This document shows positions 44,024 through 57,511 of a DNA stretch of 64,000 nucleotides, piece by piece; positions within the stretch are counted from its first letter, which is position 1; each line of letters begins with the position of its first letter. The stretch is taken from positions 45,346 to 109,345 of the forward strand of contig CAVGAA010000002.1 of the NCBI GenBank assembly GCA_963627065.1, written 5' to 3'. The translations under genes and the position numbers were made by a program. The notes under the pieces were generated by a model. The model made no database searches and was not told the DNA's origin. It was given only the letters and a program-made list of their open reading frames with translations. Origin of the DNA: a bacterium (GTDB lineage Bacteria; Bacillota; Clostridia; Oscillospirales; CAG-272).

Positions 44024-45862
44024 ATGTCGGCAAACTACACATTTTTTACATCGAAGGAAATCAAGCCGTGCGGTTGGCTTCGAAGGCAGTTGGAAATCGA
44101 GGCGAAAGGTCTGTGCGGAAACCTTGATAAGGTCTGGCGGGATGTCCGTGACAGTGCATGGATCGGCGGAAACTGCGAGGGTTGGGAGCGTGTCCCGTAT
44201 TGGCTGGACGGTGCAATTCCGCTTGCATATCTGCTTGACGATGCCGATCTGATTGCACGCACACGGTATTACATCGACTGCATTTTGGCACGGCAGGAAT
44301 CGGATGGTTGGATCTGCCCCGTTTCGTCGGAAGAACGAAAAAATTACGACACGTGGGCAGTTCTGCTCATTTCCAAAGTCTTGGTGCGGTACTATGAATG
44401 CTCGCAGGACGAGCGAATTCCGTCTGCTCTCTACCGCCTGATGAAAAATTATCACGACCTGTTATCGACCGGTAAACTTACGCTGTTCGAATGGGGAAAA
44501 TACCGTTGGTTCGAAGGCTTTCCCGCATTGAATTTACTGTGGAAGAAATACGGTGAAGATTGGATCAAAGCACTTGCCGAAAAACTTGCTGCGGACGGCA
44601 CGGACTACCGTATGGCGGAACATCTGTGGGAGCGACCGCTGAACAAGTGGACTTTCGACACGCACATTGTCAACATCTGCCAGATGCTCAAATCCGAAGT
44701 CCTTTCCTGCGACTTGTTGGGGCGTGACTTGCAGGGACTTGCCGACCGTTATGTCGAAAAACTCGAAAAATTCAACGGCACGGCGGTCGGTACGTTTACG
44801 GGCGACGAATGTCTGTCCGGTATCAGTCCTACGCGGGGGACGGAACTTTGTGCGGTCGTGGAACTTATGGATTCCATGGAGCAACTCTATGCCTACACGG
44901 GAAACGCAAAGTGGGCGGAGCGACTTGAACTTGTTGCTTTCAATGCCCTGCCGGCGACTTTAACCGAAGATATGTGGGCTCATCAATATGTACAAATGGT
45001 CAACCAAATCGACTGTACGCCTTTCCCCGGACGTTCCCATTTCCGCACGAACGGAAGCGAGGCACACCGCTTCGGACTTGAACCGAATTTCGGTTGCTGT
45101 ACCGCAAATTTCGGGCAGGGTTACCCGAAACTGGCACTATCGACGTGGATGTCTGCAAAGGACGGAGCGTTGTCGGCTGTTGCACTGCCCTCCGAATTGA
45201 GAACCGTTTGGAAGGATGTTCCCGTTACCGTGACGCTCGAAACAGACTACCCATTCCGTAATTTTATGCGTTATCGCATCAAAGCCGATGCCGATACGGA
45301 CTTTTGTCTGTCGGTGCGGATTCCGTCCTTTGCAAGGCATCTGACGGTCAACGGCAAGCCGAAATCCAAGCGTGAAATTCTGAAATTTTCCGGTTTTCGG
45401 GCAGGGGAAACGGCAATCGAAATCGCCTTTGACGCGGAACCGTGTTTAACGGCAAGACCGCACGCCATGTCGGTTTTGCGGTACGGTTCGTTGGTATTTT
45501 CACTGCCGGTGCAGTCGGAGGTCCGGAGGGTAGAGTACGAGCGGAACGGCGTTGAACGAAAATATCCGTACTGCGACTACGATTACAAAGGTGTTTCCGA
45601 TTGGAATGTTGCCTTTGTAGGAAAAGAATTCCGTGTGACAGAACATCCGATAGGAGATATTCCGTTCTCGGAGAACAATCCTCCGCTGACGGTTGAAACA
45701 TCGCTCTGTCATATTGATTGGGGCTTGACTGACGGATTTGAAACCGTTCCGGCGAGCGTACCGATGCATCGCAAACCGTGTGATGCCCCCGAAATCCGCA
45801 CTTTGATTCCTTACGGTTGCACCATGCTCCGCATGACCGAATTACCGTATGTGAGAGAGTAA
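44024..45862 (+). CDS. DUF1680 / GH127-like glycoside hydrolase (beta-L-arabinofuranosidase-domain protein)
   Basis: The N-terminus KPCGWLRRQLEIEAKGLCGNLDKVW...GGNCEGWERVPYWLDGAIPLAYLLDD matches my memory of this family. It is clearly coding, but the family call is tentative. Confidence 0.6.
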   Translation: MSANYTFFTSKEIKPCGWLRRQLEIEAKGLCGNLDKVWRDVRDSAWIGGNCEGWERVPYWLDGAIPLAYLLDDADLIARTRYYIDCILARQESDGWICPVSSEERKNYDTWAVLLISKVLVRYYECSQDERIPSALYRLMKNYHDLLSTGKLTLFEWGKYRWFEGFPALNLLWKKYGEDWIKALAEKLAADGTDYRMAEHLWERPLNKWTFDTHIVNICQMLKSEVLSCDLLGRDLQGLADRYVEKLEKFNGTAVGTFTGDECLSGISPTRGTELCAVVELMDSMEQLYAYTGNAKWAERLELVAFNALPATLTEDMWAHQYVQMVNQIDCTPFPGRSHFRTNGSEAHRFGLEPNFGCCTANFGQGYPKLALSTWMSAKDGALSAVALPSELRTVWKDVPVTVTLETDYPFRNFMRYRIKADADTDFCLSVRIPSFARHLTVNGKPKSKREILKFSGFRAGETAIEIAFDAEPCLTARPHAMSVLRYGSLVFSLPVQSEVRRVEYERNGVERKYPYCDYDYKGVSDWNVAFVGKEFRVTEHPIGDIPFSENNPPLTVETSLCHIDWGLTDGFETVPASVPMHRKPCDAPEIRTLIPYGCTMLRMTELPYVRE

Positions 45863-45950
45863 GACATTAAACCCTGATTAGGAACTGTCACAAATGCGAA
45901 AAAAGCATACATGGCAGTTCCTTTTCTCATGTTTATGCAGGAAAAGCACA

Positions 45951-45988
45951 AAAAAGGGGGCTTTCTTCGGAAAGCCCCCTGAAATTTT
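45951..45988. terminator. bidirectional terminator between the GH127-like gene and lacZ
   Basis: GGGGGCTTTC, a TTCG loop, GAAAGCCCCC. AAAAA lies upstream and GAAATTTT downstream. Confidence 0.75.
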
Positions 45989-45990
45989 AG

Positions 45991-49088
<3,098 letters not shown>

Positions 49089-49119
49089 TCAATTCCTTTC
49101 AAACTGAAAATTACCAAAT

Positions 49120-49159
49120 TATCGAAAATATAATCGAAAAATCATCGGGAAAATCGAAA
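49120..49159. repeat. clustered ATCGAAAA direct repeats upstream of lacZ
   Basis: Exact octamers lie at 49120, 49132 and 49152, plus a degenerate ATCGGGAAAA at 49143. Confidence 0.75.
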
Positions 49160-49341
49160 AAAGCAGAAAATCTCCGAACGGATTTTTACGATATTTACAG
49201 ACAAATACATTATACCATATTATTTTTGTAAAGTCAATGTTTTTATGTTACATCTTTTTCTGATTTTCAGCCTCGTCAGGTAACAAAATCACATCCCCCA
49301 CCGACATAACGGCAGAGAATGTGAAAAAAGCAAGATGTTTG

Positions 49342-50700
49342 TCAGTTCTTCAAACTGTGAACCGGTGCGGGAATGCGACCGCCACGGCGAATGAATTTCG
49401 ATGGAGAATAAGTATTGAGGGGCATAACCGGAGCCCGTCCCAACAGACCGCCGAAATTGACACTGTCGCCGGCTTTTTTTCCGTATGCGGGAATCAGGCG
49501 TACGGCGGTTGTCTTGGTATTGACAACACCTATGGAAATTTCGTCCGCAATAATGCCGTTGATGACGTCTTCCGGCGTATCGCCCGGGATTGCTATCATA
49601 TCCAGTCCGACCGAGCAGACCGCCGTCATCGCCTCGAGTTTTTCAATCGACAAAGCCCCACGTTCGACCGCCGAAATCATACCGGCATCTTCGGACACGG
49701 GAATGAACGCTCCCGACAGTCCGCCGACGTGTGACGATGCCATGACACCGCCTTTTTTGACGGCATCGTTGAGCATTGCGAGTGCCGCAGTCGTGCCGTG
49801 TGCCCCGCAGGATTCCAGCCCCATTTCTTCAAGAATGTAAGCGACCGAATCGCCCACGGCAGGGGTGGGGGCTAACGACAGGTCCACAATTCCGAAAGGT
49901 ACACCCAATTCTTTTGCGGCGTCCGATGCGACCAGTTGTCCCACACGGGTAATTTTGAATGCGGTTTTCTTAATGACCTCCGCCAAAGTCGAGAGATCGC
50001 AGTCACCGGCACGCCGAATGGCGGATGCAACCACCCCGGGACCGCTGACGCCGACATTGATAGCTGTTTCGGGTTCGCCGATTCCGCAGAATGCACCTGC
50101 CATAAAGGGGTTGTCCTCCGGCACATTCGCAAACACCACCAGTTTCGCACAACCGATGGAATCTTCGTCACGGGTGAGGTATGCCGAGCGTTTGATGACA
50201 CTGCCCATACGGGCTATGGCATCCATATTGATGCCGGCTTTCGTGCTTGCCACATTGACCGACGAACAAATATTTTTCGTTTCGGCGAGGGCCTCGGGAA
50301 TAACGGAAATCATCGCATCCGCCCCACGAGTCATACCTTTCTGCACGAGTGCCGAAAAACCGCCCAAAAAGTTGATGCCGAGCGTATCTGCGGAACGCTG
50401 TAACGCTCTTGCGATTTTCAAGTATCCCTCGGGCGTGGCGTCTCCGCCGATGAGAGACACCGGCGTGACAGATACCCGCTTGTTGACAATCGGAATGCCG
50501 TATTTTTTCTCAATGGAGCAACCGACCGAAACGAGCCGTTCCGCCGTATGCGTGATTTTATCGTAAATTTTGGTGCAGAGTCTGTCAATGTCGTCACTGA
50601 CACAGTCCCAAAGAGAGATACCCATGGTAACGGTGCGGATGTCGAGATTTTCCTCCCGAATCATCTGAATGGTTTCCAACACATCCTGCGTGTTAATCAT
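49342..50700 (-). CDS. UPF0210 (DUF711, 'PFL family') protein
   Basis: The N-terminus [27 protein letters not shown] is the UPF0210 hallmark. It is paired with the upstream ACT protein. Confidence 0.85.
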   Translation of the reverse strand: MINTQDVLETIQMIREENLDIRTVTMGISLWDCVSDDIDRLCTKIYDKITHTAERLVSVGCSIEKKYGIPIVNKRVSVTPVSLIGGDATPEGYLKIARALQRSADTLGINFLGGFSALVQKGMTRGADAMISVIPEALAETKNICSSVNVASTKAGINMDAIARMGSVIKRSAYLTRDEDSIGCAKLVVFANVPEDNPFMAGAFCGIGEPETAINVGVSGPGVVASAIRRAGDCDLSTLAEVIKKTAFKITRVGQLVASDAAKELGVPFGIVDLSLAPTPAVGDSVAYILEEMGLESCGAHGTTAALAMLNDAVKKGGVMASSHVGGLSGAFIPVSEDAGMISAVERGALSIEKLEAMTAVCSVGLDMIAIPGDTPEDVINGIIADEISIGVVNTKTTAVRLIPAYGKKAGDSVNFGGLLGRAPVMPLNTYSPSKFIRRGGRIPAPVHSLKN

Positions 50701-50715
50701 GATGCGGAATCCTCC

Positions 50716-50985
50716 TCACACGTGGTGCATGGTGTTGAAAATATCTTCGTGCATGGTATGCACGTCCAGACCTCTCGCACGACCGAGTTCGTTCAGTGTA
50801 TCGACAAATTTCGAAAATTCGATCGTCAATCCGTCAATCGATGCCAACATAATCATGGCAAAATAATCCGAGAGAACCGTCTGCGTAATGTCCTGAATAT
50901 TTGCACCGTATTTTGCACAGACACCTGCGACGTCGGCAATGATACCGACACTGTCCTTGCCCGTAACCGTAATAACCGCTTTCAT
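50716..50985 (-). CDS. ACT-domain protein (UPF0237)
   Basis: MKAVITVTGKDSVGIIADVAGVCAKYGANIQDITQTVL. The start was trimmed and the RBS is AAGAGG. Confidence 0.8.
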   Translation of the reverse strand: MKAVITVTGKDSVGIIADVAGVCAKYGANIQDITQTVLSDYFAMIMLASIDGLTIEFSKFVDTLNELGRARGLDVHTMHEDIFNTMHHV

Positions 50986-50996
50986 ATAAATACCTC

Positions 50997-52169
50997 TTAT
51001 CTGACCGAATTCAAAAACTTTTCGATTCTGCGTAAAGCCTCTTTGATATGGTCGGTCGAGTAGCAATAGGATGCACGGATGAAACCCTCACCGCCTTTTC
51101 CGAATGCCGTCCCGGGGACGACCGCAACACGCTCCGCATAAAGGAGCTTTTCGCAGAAATCGTCGCTTGACATACCGGTCGAGCGGATGCAGGGAAACGC
51201 ATAGAATGCACCCTTCGGTTCACGGCAGGTCAACCCCAATTGATTGAACCCGTTGACAATGAGCCTGCGACGCATATCGTATTCTTCTTTCATTGTCTCC
51301 ACCGCTTCGTCACCGTGACGGAGTGCCTCGATTGCCGCATACTGTGCGGTCGTGGGGGCACACATAATGGCAAACTGGTGAATTTTTGTAATCTGTTTCA
51401 TCAAATCGGCAGGACCGCAGGCAAAGCCCATACGCCAACCGGTCATGGAAAAAGTCTTGGAAAAGCCGTTGACCACAACTGTGCGTTCTTTCATATCGGG
51501 GATCGATGCGAGCGTCACGTGCTTTTTACCGCCGAAAGTAAGCTCCGAATAAATTTCGTCCGAGAGAACCAAAACGTTTGTGCCTCTCAAAATTTCGGCG
51601 AGTGCCTCCAGATCTTCCCGCTCCATAATTCCGCCCGTGGGGTTGCAGGGATAGGGGAGAATGAGCAGTTTCGTCCGTTCCGTGAGTGCGTTTTTCAGCA
51701 TTTCGGGCGTGACTTTGAAATCGTGTTCCGCAGTGGTTTCGAGAATCACCGGTACACCGCCGACCAATCGCACGAGCGGTTCGTAGCAGACATAACTCGG
51801 TTGCGGAATGATGACCTCATCACCGGCACAGACAACCGAACGGATCGTGCCGTCAATCGCTTCCGAACCGCCGACCGTTACGAGAATTTCGCTTTCCGGC
51901 TCATATCCGACACCGTATTTGCGTGACATCCAAGCCGAAATTTCCGCACGGAGTAGTTCCAGACCTCTGTTTGACGTATAGCGGGTTTTGCCTGCTTCAA
52001 GCGAGAGAATGCCCGCTTTGCGGATTTCCCAAGGCGTCGGAAAATCGGGTTCGCCCACACCGAGCGAAATCACGTCTTTCATCGTGCCGGCAATATCAAA
52101 AAATTTGCGTATGCCGGAGGGTTTGATCTCCTGAACAATGGGAGATAAAAGTTTCGAGTAGTCCATCAC
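50997..52169 (-). CDS. pyridoxal-phosphate-dependent aminotransferase (class I/II, AspC-like)
   Basis: Motifs SGIRKFFD, LGVGEPDFPTP, NPTG and SKTFSMTGWRMG (PLP-Lys). Confidence 0.88.
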   Translation of the reverse strand: MMDYSKLLSPIVQEIKPSGIRKFFDIAGTMKDVISLGVGEPDFPTPWEIRKAGILSLEAGKTRYTSNRGLELLRAEISAWMSRKYGVGYEPESEILVTVGGSEAIDGTIRSVVCAGDEVIIPQPSYVCYEPLVRLVGGVPVILETTAEHDFKVTPEMLKNALTERTKLLILPYPCNPTGGIMEREDLEALAEILRGTNVLVLSDEIYSELTFGGKKHVTLASIPDMKERTVVVNGFSKTFSMTGWRMGFACGPADLMKQITKIHQFAIMCAPTTAQYAAIEALRHGDEAVETMKEEYDMRRRLIVNGFNQLGLTCREPKGAFYAFPCIRSTGMSSDDFCEKLLYAERVAVVPGTAFGKGGEGFIRASYCYSTDHIKEALRRIEKFLNSVR

Positions 52170-52648
52170 AGCAGATAACTCCCACGTTCGTCCGAACCTT
52201 CACCGAGCAGTTGCACGTCCATTTCCTTGTAACGGCGAAGGACGAAATGCGTGGCGGTCGAGGTAACCGATTCAATGGTGGAGAGTTCCTTTGCGACAAA
52301 TCTTGCCACGTCGTGCAGGGTTCTTCCCTTGACGACAACATTTAAGTCATAAACACCGGACATCAAATAAACCGATTCGACCTCCGGATACTGCATGACC
52401 TTTGCGGCAACGTCTTCAAATCCCAGACCTGCTTTCGGCGTGACTTTCAGTTCGATAATGGCGGAAACGTACGCATCGTTCAATTTTTCCCAGTCGATAA
52501 CGGCTTTGTACCCTCTGATAATGCCTGCCGCTTCGAGTTCGTCAATCTCTTTTCTGACTTCTTCTTCGGTCATACCGAGCATAACGGCAAGTTCCGCAGG
52601 CTCGGTGCGTGCATCCTTGCTGAGCAGTTTCAACAATTTCGTGTTCAT
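52166..52648 (-). CDS. Lrp/AsnC-family transcriptional regulator
   Basis: MNTKLLKLLSKDARTEPAELAVMLGMTEEEVRKEIDELEAAGIIRGY plus an RAM-like C-terminus. The RBS is GGAGG. Confidence 0.88.
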   Translation of the reverse strand: MNTKLLKLLSKDARTEPAELAVMLGMTEEEVRKEIDELEAAGIIRGYKAVIDWEKLNDAYVSAIIELKVTPKAGLGFEDVAAKVMQYPEVESVYLMSGVYDLNVVVKGRTLHDVARFVAKELSTIESVTSTATHFVLRRYKEMDVQLLGEGSDERGSYLL

Positions 52649-52665
52649 AGCATAAACCTCCGGAA

Positions 52666-53169
52666 TCAATCTTCAATCAGTTCGATTTTTTCGATTACGA
52701 CGGGTTCGCAGGGAACATCGTCATACCAACCGACGCTGTGGGTTCTCGTCGATGCGATTTTGTCGACCACATTCAGCCCCTCCGTGACCTTGCCGAACCC
52801 TGCATACTGCCCGTCCAGATACCCTGCATCGCCGTGCATGATGAAAAACTGACTGGATGCCGAGTTGGGATCGTTCGTGCGTGCCATGGAGAGAACACCC
52901 TTCGAATGGTGCAGGTCATTTGCCCCGAAACCGTTTGCGGCAAATTCGCCGTAAATCGAGCCTGCCTCTTTTTCTTCAAAATTTTCGCCGTAACCGCCCC
53001 CCTGAATCATAAAACCGCTGATGACACGGTGAAAGACCGTGCCGGCAAAAAAGTTGTCTTTGACGAGCGAGAGAAAATTCGCAACGGTCTTCGGGGCTTT
53101 ATCGGGATAGAGTTCGGCTGTCATTTCGCCGAAGTTTTTTACTGTGATTTTAATTTTCGGATTGTTCAT
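52666..53169 (-). CDS. peptidylprolyl isomerase (cyclophilin type)
   Basis: Motifs FHRVISGFMIQGGG, SMARTNDPNSASSQFFI and GFGKV. Confidence 0.92.
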   Translation of the reverse strand: MNNPKIKITVKNFGEMTAELYPDKAPKTVANFLSLVKDNFFAGTVFHRVISGFMIQGGGYGENFEEKEAGSIYGEFAANGFGANDLHHSKGVLSMARTNDPNSASSQFFIMHGDAGYLDGQYAGFGKVTEGLNVVDKIASTRTHSVGWYDDVPCEPVVIEKIELIED

Positions 53170-53560
53170 TTTGTTTTGTTTCCTTTCTTTCTGCCGGATA
53201 GGCAATCGAAAACAGATTTTCGATGCGTTCGGTCTGATTTGTTAAATAAAGATATGCAAACAGAACTTCCATACCGGTTGCTCTGCGATATTCGGAGGGA
53301 CTTGCACTTTTCGGAATGTTGAGATGTCCCGAATTGCGTCCCCGTTTGAACCATAACAGTTCGTCTTCGGTCAAAATCGGCAATAGCCGTTCCATAGCAT
53401 CCGACTGTGCGGAGGCTCTCACGTAATTCAACGATGCCGAATTGAGATGCCCTGCCGTGGAAAGTCCCGAATCGGCGACAAGCGTACGGCGTACCAGCAG
53501 TTCGAGAACACTGTCGCCGAGATACGCAAGTGCCGGAATGCTCAAATCATTCGGAGTCAT
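53150..53560 (-). CDS. mrnC: Mini-ribonuclease 3
   Basis: Motifs ALAYLGDSVLELLVR and SAQSDA...RGRN...EYRRATGMEVLFAYLYL. Confidence 0.85.
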   Translation of the reverse strand: MTPNDLSIPALAYLGDSVLELLVRRTLVADSGLSTAGHLNSASLNYVRASAQSDAMERLLPILTEDELLWFKRGRNSGHLNIPKSASPSEYRRATGMEVLFAYLYLTNQTERIENLFSIAYPAERKETKQNEQSEN

Positions 53561-54257
53561 TTTCGGTGTTTCCTCCGACCTTTTCGGCTTTTTGCTCTTT
53601 TACGACTTTTACGGATTTTTCTGTCTTTCCGCCTTTTTCGGATTTTGCGGGCTTCTTGACGGGCTTTTCTTTTTTGCCGTCCTCCCGCTCTTTTTCATCT
53701 GCGGTGTCGGGATAGTGGTCTTCGAGCAGTGCCTGCGTAATTGTCTTCAGATAGGAAGAAATGGAGGTCAACGCCAAGAGAATGACCGCAAAATCCTCCT
53801 CTTTTTCAATGTCAAGCCCTGCACTGCGGAGAAAAATTTTAATGAATCGGCAGGCATTCTTCCGCTCATAAGCCTTGATGTCGAGGTAACGCCGATAAAT
53901 ATCGGTGAGCATACTGCCGTCAAAACCGTCCACTCGGTAAAGATTCTGCAAAATTCGCTTGATTTCCCCAATCGAGAGCGTATTTTTCATGGCATAGACC
54001 AAAAGAATCTGCAAAAACTGGTCTTTCGTGTATTTTTTTCCCTTGATCGGGGAAATCAGTCCGTCCTTGGAGTAATTGTTGACCATAGTTTTTGTCAAAG
54101 CCCTGTCATAAAAGCGTGGCGAACCTTCCCGCAACTTTTCCGACGCAAGACTTGTAATCTGGTCGAGATAAAGGTCAATGGAAGGAATTTCTTCCGGTTT
54201 CAGGTCGGTGTCGTTTACGGCATCCCGCACCAAATCGTTCAGTGTTTTTTCGTCCAT
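53547..54257 (-). CDS. DUF1836-domain protein with a Lys/Glu-rich tail
   Basis: IPSIDLYLDQITSL...TKTMVNNYSKDGLISPIKGKKYTKDQ resembles DUF1836. Confidence 0.68.
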   Translation of the reverse strand: MDEKTLNDLVRDAVNDTDLKPEEIPSIDLYLDQITSLASEKLREGSPRFYDRALTKTMVNNYSKDGLISPIKGKKYTKDQFLQILLVYAMKNTLSIGEIKRILQNLYRVDGFDGSMLTDIYRRYLDIKAYERKNACRFIKIFLRSAGLDIEKEEDFAVILLALTSISSYLKTITQALLEDHYPDTADEKEREDGKKEKPVKKPAKSEKGGKTEKSVKVVKEQKAEKVGGNTENDSE

Positions 54258-54474
54258 TTTACTCCTCCGATGTACATATCATCCGGAAACGGTCCTGCAA
54301 AATATCGTTTTGCAAGTCAATTTCGGAACAGAACCGCAAATATTCCGATATGTTTTTTCTACATTTGTGAATATCAAATCCGTATAATATGGTTTTCAAT
54401 ACCATTATACAGGATTTCAGGCGAAAAATCAAGGGGGAGAGCGAAAAAACTCAAAAATATTCGAAATGATTCCA

Positions 54475-55884
54475 TTATTTCAGCAGACCTTCCATTTCGC
54501 TCAGAAGCCAAGTGGACGAAATGGCATTCATATTGTTGATGAACAGCACTTTTTTGATGCCTTCCTGCTTGACGTAATCCTGCAGGGACATTCCCATGCG
54601 GTCGACAAAGAAACGGTAGTCCACCACATAAACGGTTTGATATTGGTCAACGAGGAAGGGGACGAAAGCGTTTCCGAAAGATTCTTTTACGACAAGGATT
54701 TTCGATCCGTCCGAGAGATTCGGATTTTTGATTACCGAGTGAGCATTGTCACCGGCAATGAAACAGTTGTATTTCCAGCGAGGTCCGTAGAAATAGCCGT
54801 TCTCCGAACCGTTACCGGTTTTCGTCTGAATGATAGGGTAACTATCGGTGGTGATCTTTTTCTCGTTCTCCTTGCCGTAGTTTTCGAAGGTGTAAACCGT
54901 CATTTTGTTTGTCGCATTCGGCAACCAAGCCTCGACATAGTCCTCTTTGAGCGTGACGTCGGTTACTTTCGCTTGGAGTGAGCCTTTGAAACCGGTAAAG
55001 GTCATCGACTTCCAACTGCCGAGATCGAGCGGTGTTGTTCCGCTCTCCGCACAGAATGCACGGTAAGCGTAGTAAGCCCCTCTTGCGGTCCAGTGGTGGT
55101 CGGTACGGAAATAGAGATATTCGTCTTTGTGTGCCTGCAATTCGGGAAGAATCGAAACTGTTTTTACACCGCTGTTGATTTTGGCGTAGATTTTCGTAAT
55201 CGATTCTTCGGCATCCGATGCACCGATGCTCCGTCGCTCACCTGCACTCATATTGACCGAGTAGGAGAGCGGTACGACAATATCGTAGAGTTCCACATCC
55301 GGCATGACCTCGTGAGCCTTGTTCAGAACATTTGCATATCTTGTTGCTTTATCTTCGTTGTAAACGTAAATTTCGTATGCACTGTCACCTTTGATGTAAA
55401 TGCCGTCGGTCGGTTGCTCAATCGAAACATCACTGCCGTCATCACCGTCCTGCTCCTTGTCTTTGTCGGTCGGCGTTGTGGGGGTAATGATCCGTGTCGT
55501 GCGGATACCGTACAGTTTTTCCAGCGAATGTTGCACGGAAATCAGACCGTCACGCAGGGGGTAGGTGTCGGCGTACCAAGTCGAAACGGCGGAAAAGTAA
55601 GAACCGTCACAAAAACTTTCAAGTGTAAAATGCGGAAATTCCGCAAGTTTCCGCCCTTCGACCTCGGACGTGGACGGTCGCAGAAAAATGAGCAGTCCCA
55701 CTATGGCGATGACGAGGAGCATTCCGAAAAACCCCAAAATTTTCGCAACGTCCGTTTTTTCTTTGGCGTTGAGCGTTACGGGGTGACCTTCCGCCGATTG
55801 CTCGGAGGACTGCTGTTCGGAAATTTGTTCGGGAAGTTTTTGCTCGGAGGGCTGTTTTTTCGGTTGCATATTTTGCGTATCCAT
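54475..55884 (-). CDS. DHHW-family protein (SGNH-like partner of MBOAT acyltransferases)
   Basis: The literal motif FRTDHHWTARGAYYAY, an N-terminal TM anchor after a Gln/Ser-rich tail, and a position immediately downstream of the MBOAT gene. Confidence 0.75.
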   Translation of the reverse strand: MDTQNMQPKKQPSEQKLPEQISEQQSSEQSAEGHPVTLNAKEKTDVAKILGFFGMLLVIAIVGLLIFLRPSTSEVEGRKLAEFPHFTLESFCDGSYFSAVSTWYADTYPLRDGLISVQHSLEKLYGIRTTRIITPTTPTDKDKEQDGDDGSDVSIEQPTDGIYIKGDSAYEIYVYNEDKATRYANVLNKAHEVMPDVELYDIVVPLSYSVNMSAGERRSIGASDAEESITKIYAKINSGVKTVSILPELQAHKDEYLYFRTDHHWTARGAYYAYRAFCAESGTTPLDLGSWKSMTFTGFKGSLQAKVTDVTLKEDYVEAWLPNATNKMTVYTFENYGKENEKKITTDSYPIIQTKTGNGSENGYFYGPRWKYNCFIAGDNAHSVIKNPNLSDGSKILVVKESFGNAFVPFLVDQYQTVYVVDYRFFVDRMGMSLQDYVKQEGIKKVLFINNMNAISSTWLLSEMEGLLK

Positions 55885-55896
55885 TTGAAACCTCCG

Positions 55897-57327
55897 TCAG
55901 AATTGGAAATAAAGGAAAGGGTTGTAGGTGTTTCCGACAAGGCAGAGGAACGAAAGCACCAGAAGGACAACCGGCGACACAACGGACACGGCACTGCCGA
56001 GTCCACGCCATGCGGGGGAAATTTCCTCTGCCGTGCGGAATTTTCCCCTCAACCACGGGAGTACGGGCGTGCAGGCAACCATAGCGGTCAGGAGGAAGAA
56101 CAGATTGTTCAGGAGCGTCAATCTTGCCGTCAGATCCCAGAATCCGTGCCGGAAGAAAAGGCAGGCGAGAGCCGAACCCATTTGCGAGAGGTCTTCGAAA
56201 TAGAAGATGATCCAGCCGAACCAAACGGCAAGCAAAAGTGCGAGGTGACGCAAAATTTTCAAGGGAATCGGCAATTCTTTGCCCGACTTGACGTGCAGGA
56301 GTTTTTCACCGACAAGCAGGATGAACCAGTAAAGTCCCCACAGAACGTAGTTCCACGATGCCCCGTGCCAAAGCCCCGTCAAAAGCCACACGACAAACAG
56401 ATTGAAAATCTGCCGTTTCAGTCCTCGCCGATTGCCACCCAACGGAATGTAGACGTAATCACGGAAAAAGGTGGAAAGGGAGATGTGCCAACGCCTCCAG
56501 AAATCGGTCGCCGAATCGGCACAGTAGGGGTAATTGAAATTTTCGCAATAGTGCAGACCGCACATCAAACCCATGCCGATTGCCATATCCGAGTAAGCCG
56601 AAAAATCAAGGTAAATCTGGAGCATATAAAAGACCGTTCCGAGAAAGACCGTTCCGCTCGAAGCCGTTGCAAGTGACGTGGCGGAGAGTGCCGTATCGGC
56701 AAGAGAACCGCAATAATTCGCAAGAACAGCCTTTTTCGCAAGCCCTATCGCAAACCTTGTAACGCCTGCCGATATGCCGGAAAGGTTGATTTCACGCCGA
56801 CGGAGTTCGGCACAAACGTCGCTGTAACGGACGATAGGACCTGCTACGCATTGATGAAAGAGCGACGCATAGAGCAGGAGGGTAAAGTAATTTTTCTGCG
56901 GTTCGGTTTCCGCACAGTAAACGTCAATGACATAGGAGAGCAGTTGAAAGGTGTAAAAGGAAATGCCGACGGGGAGGACGATGTTCGGCAGGACTGCGGA
57001 AAAGCGGAAAATCGATTGCAAAGTCGATGCGAGAAAGTCGGAATATTTGAAGAACCCAAAAATGAGAATGCAGGAGGCAACCGTCATAAAAAGGACGGTT
57101 TTGCGGTAAAAAGCGATCTGCAAAGAACCGAGTAGGCGACCGGCAAGCCAGCAGATAAAGGTCATAACGGCGAGCAAAAGGAGCAGAGCCGGACCGCTCC
57201 ACGCATAGAAAATCAAAGAAAATATCAAAAGTACCGCATTTTGAGCCTTGACGGTCCTGCGTGTATAAACGAGTGCCATACAAAGCACAAAAAAGACAAA
57301 AAGGAAAAATAAAGACGAAAAGACCAC
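55897..57327 (-). CDS. MBOAT-family O-acyltransferase (AlgI/DltB-like)
   Basis: A polytopic protein with the conserved His region WRRWHISLSTFFRDYVYIPLGGNR. A GTG start (VVFSSLFF) lies 7 nt after AAAGGAG. The longer ORF-track start lacks an RBS. Confidence 0.85.
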   Translation of the reverse strand: MVFSSLFFLFVFFVLCMALVYTRRTVKAQNAVLLIFSLIFYAWSGPALLLLLAVMTFICWLAGRLLGSLQIAFYRKTVLFMTVASCILIFGFFKYSDFLASTLQSIFRFSAVLPNIVLPVGISFYTFQLLSYVIDVYCAETEPQKNYFTLLLYASLFHQCVAGPIVRYSDVCAELRRREINLSGISAGVTRFAIGLAKKAVLANYCGSLADTALSATSLATASSGTVFLGTVFYMLQIYLDFSAYSDMAIGMGLMCGLHYCENFNYPYCADSATDFWRRWHISLSTFFRDYVYIPLGGNRRGLKRQIFNLFVVWLLTGLWHGASWNYVLWGLYWFILLVGEKLLHVKSGKELPIPLKILRHLALLLAVWFGWIIFYFEDLSQMGSALACLFFRHGFWDLTARLTLLNNLFFLLTAMVACTPVLPWLRGKFRTAEEISPAWRGLGSAVSVVSPVVLLVLSFLCLVGNTYNPFLYFQF

Positions 57328-57511
57328 CGAAAAACTCCTTTCAGATAATGAACAAAAAGAGGGAAAAACAATCAATAATATTCTACCATAAAAGCCCCGA
57401 AAATGCAATACCAAAACCGAAAAAATGAGCAATTGAGGTGAAATAAAATCGGGAGGAAATAAAAACACAATTTTTTCGGAAAATCTTCACACAAAAAAAT
57501 GAAAAGAGGGG

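Noticed and set aside
55093-56676. A 527-aa plus-strand ORF spanning the DHHW/MBOAT junction.
   Set aside because: It crosses two well-supported minus-strand genes in antisense. Its product is Arg/Gly-rich with no motif.
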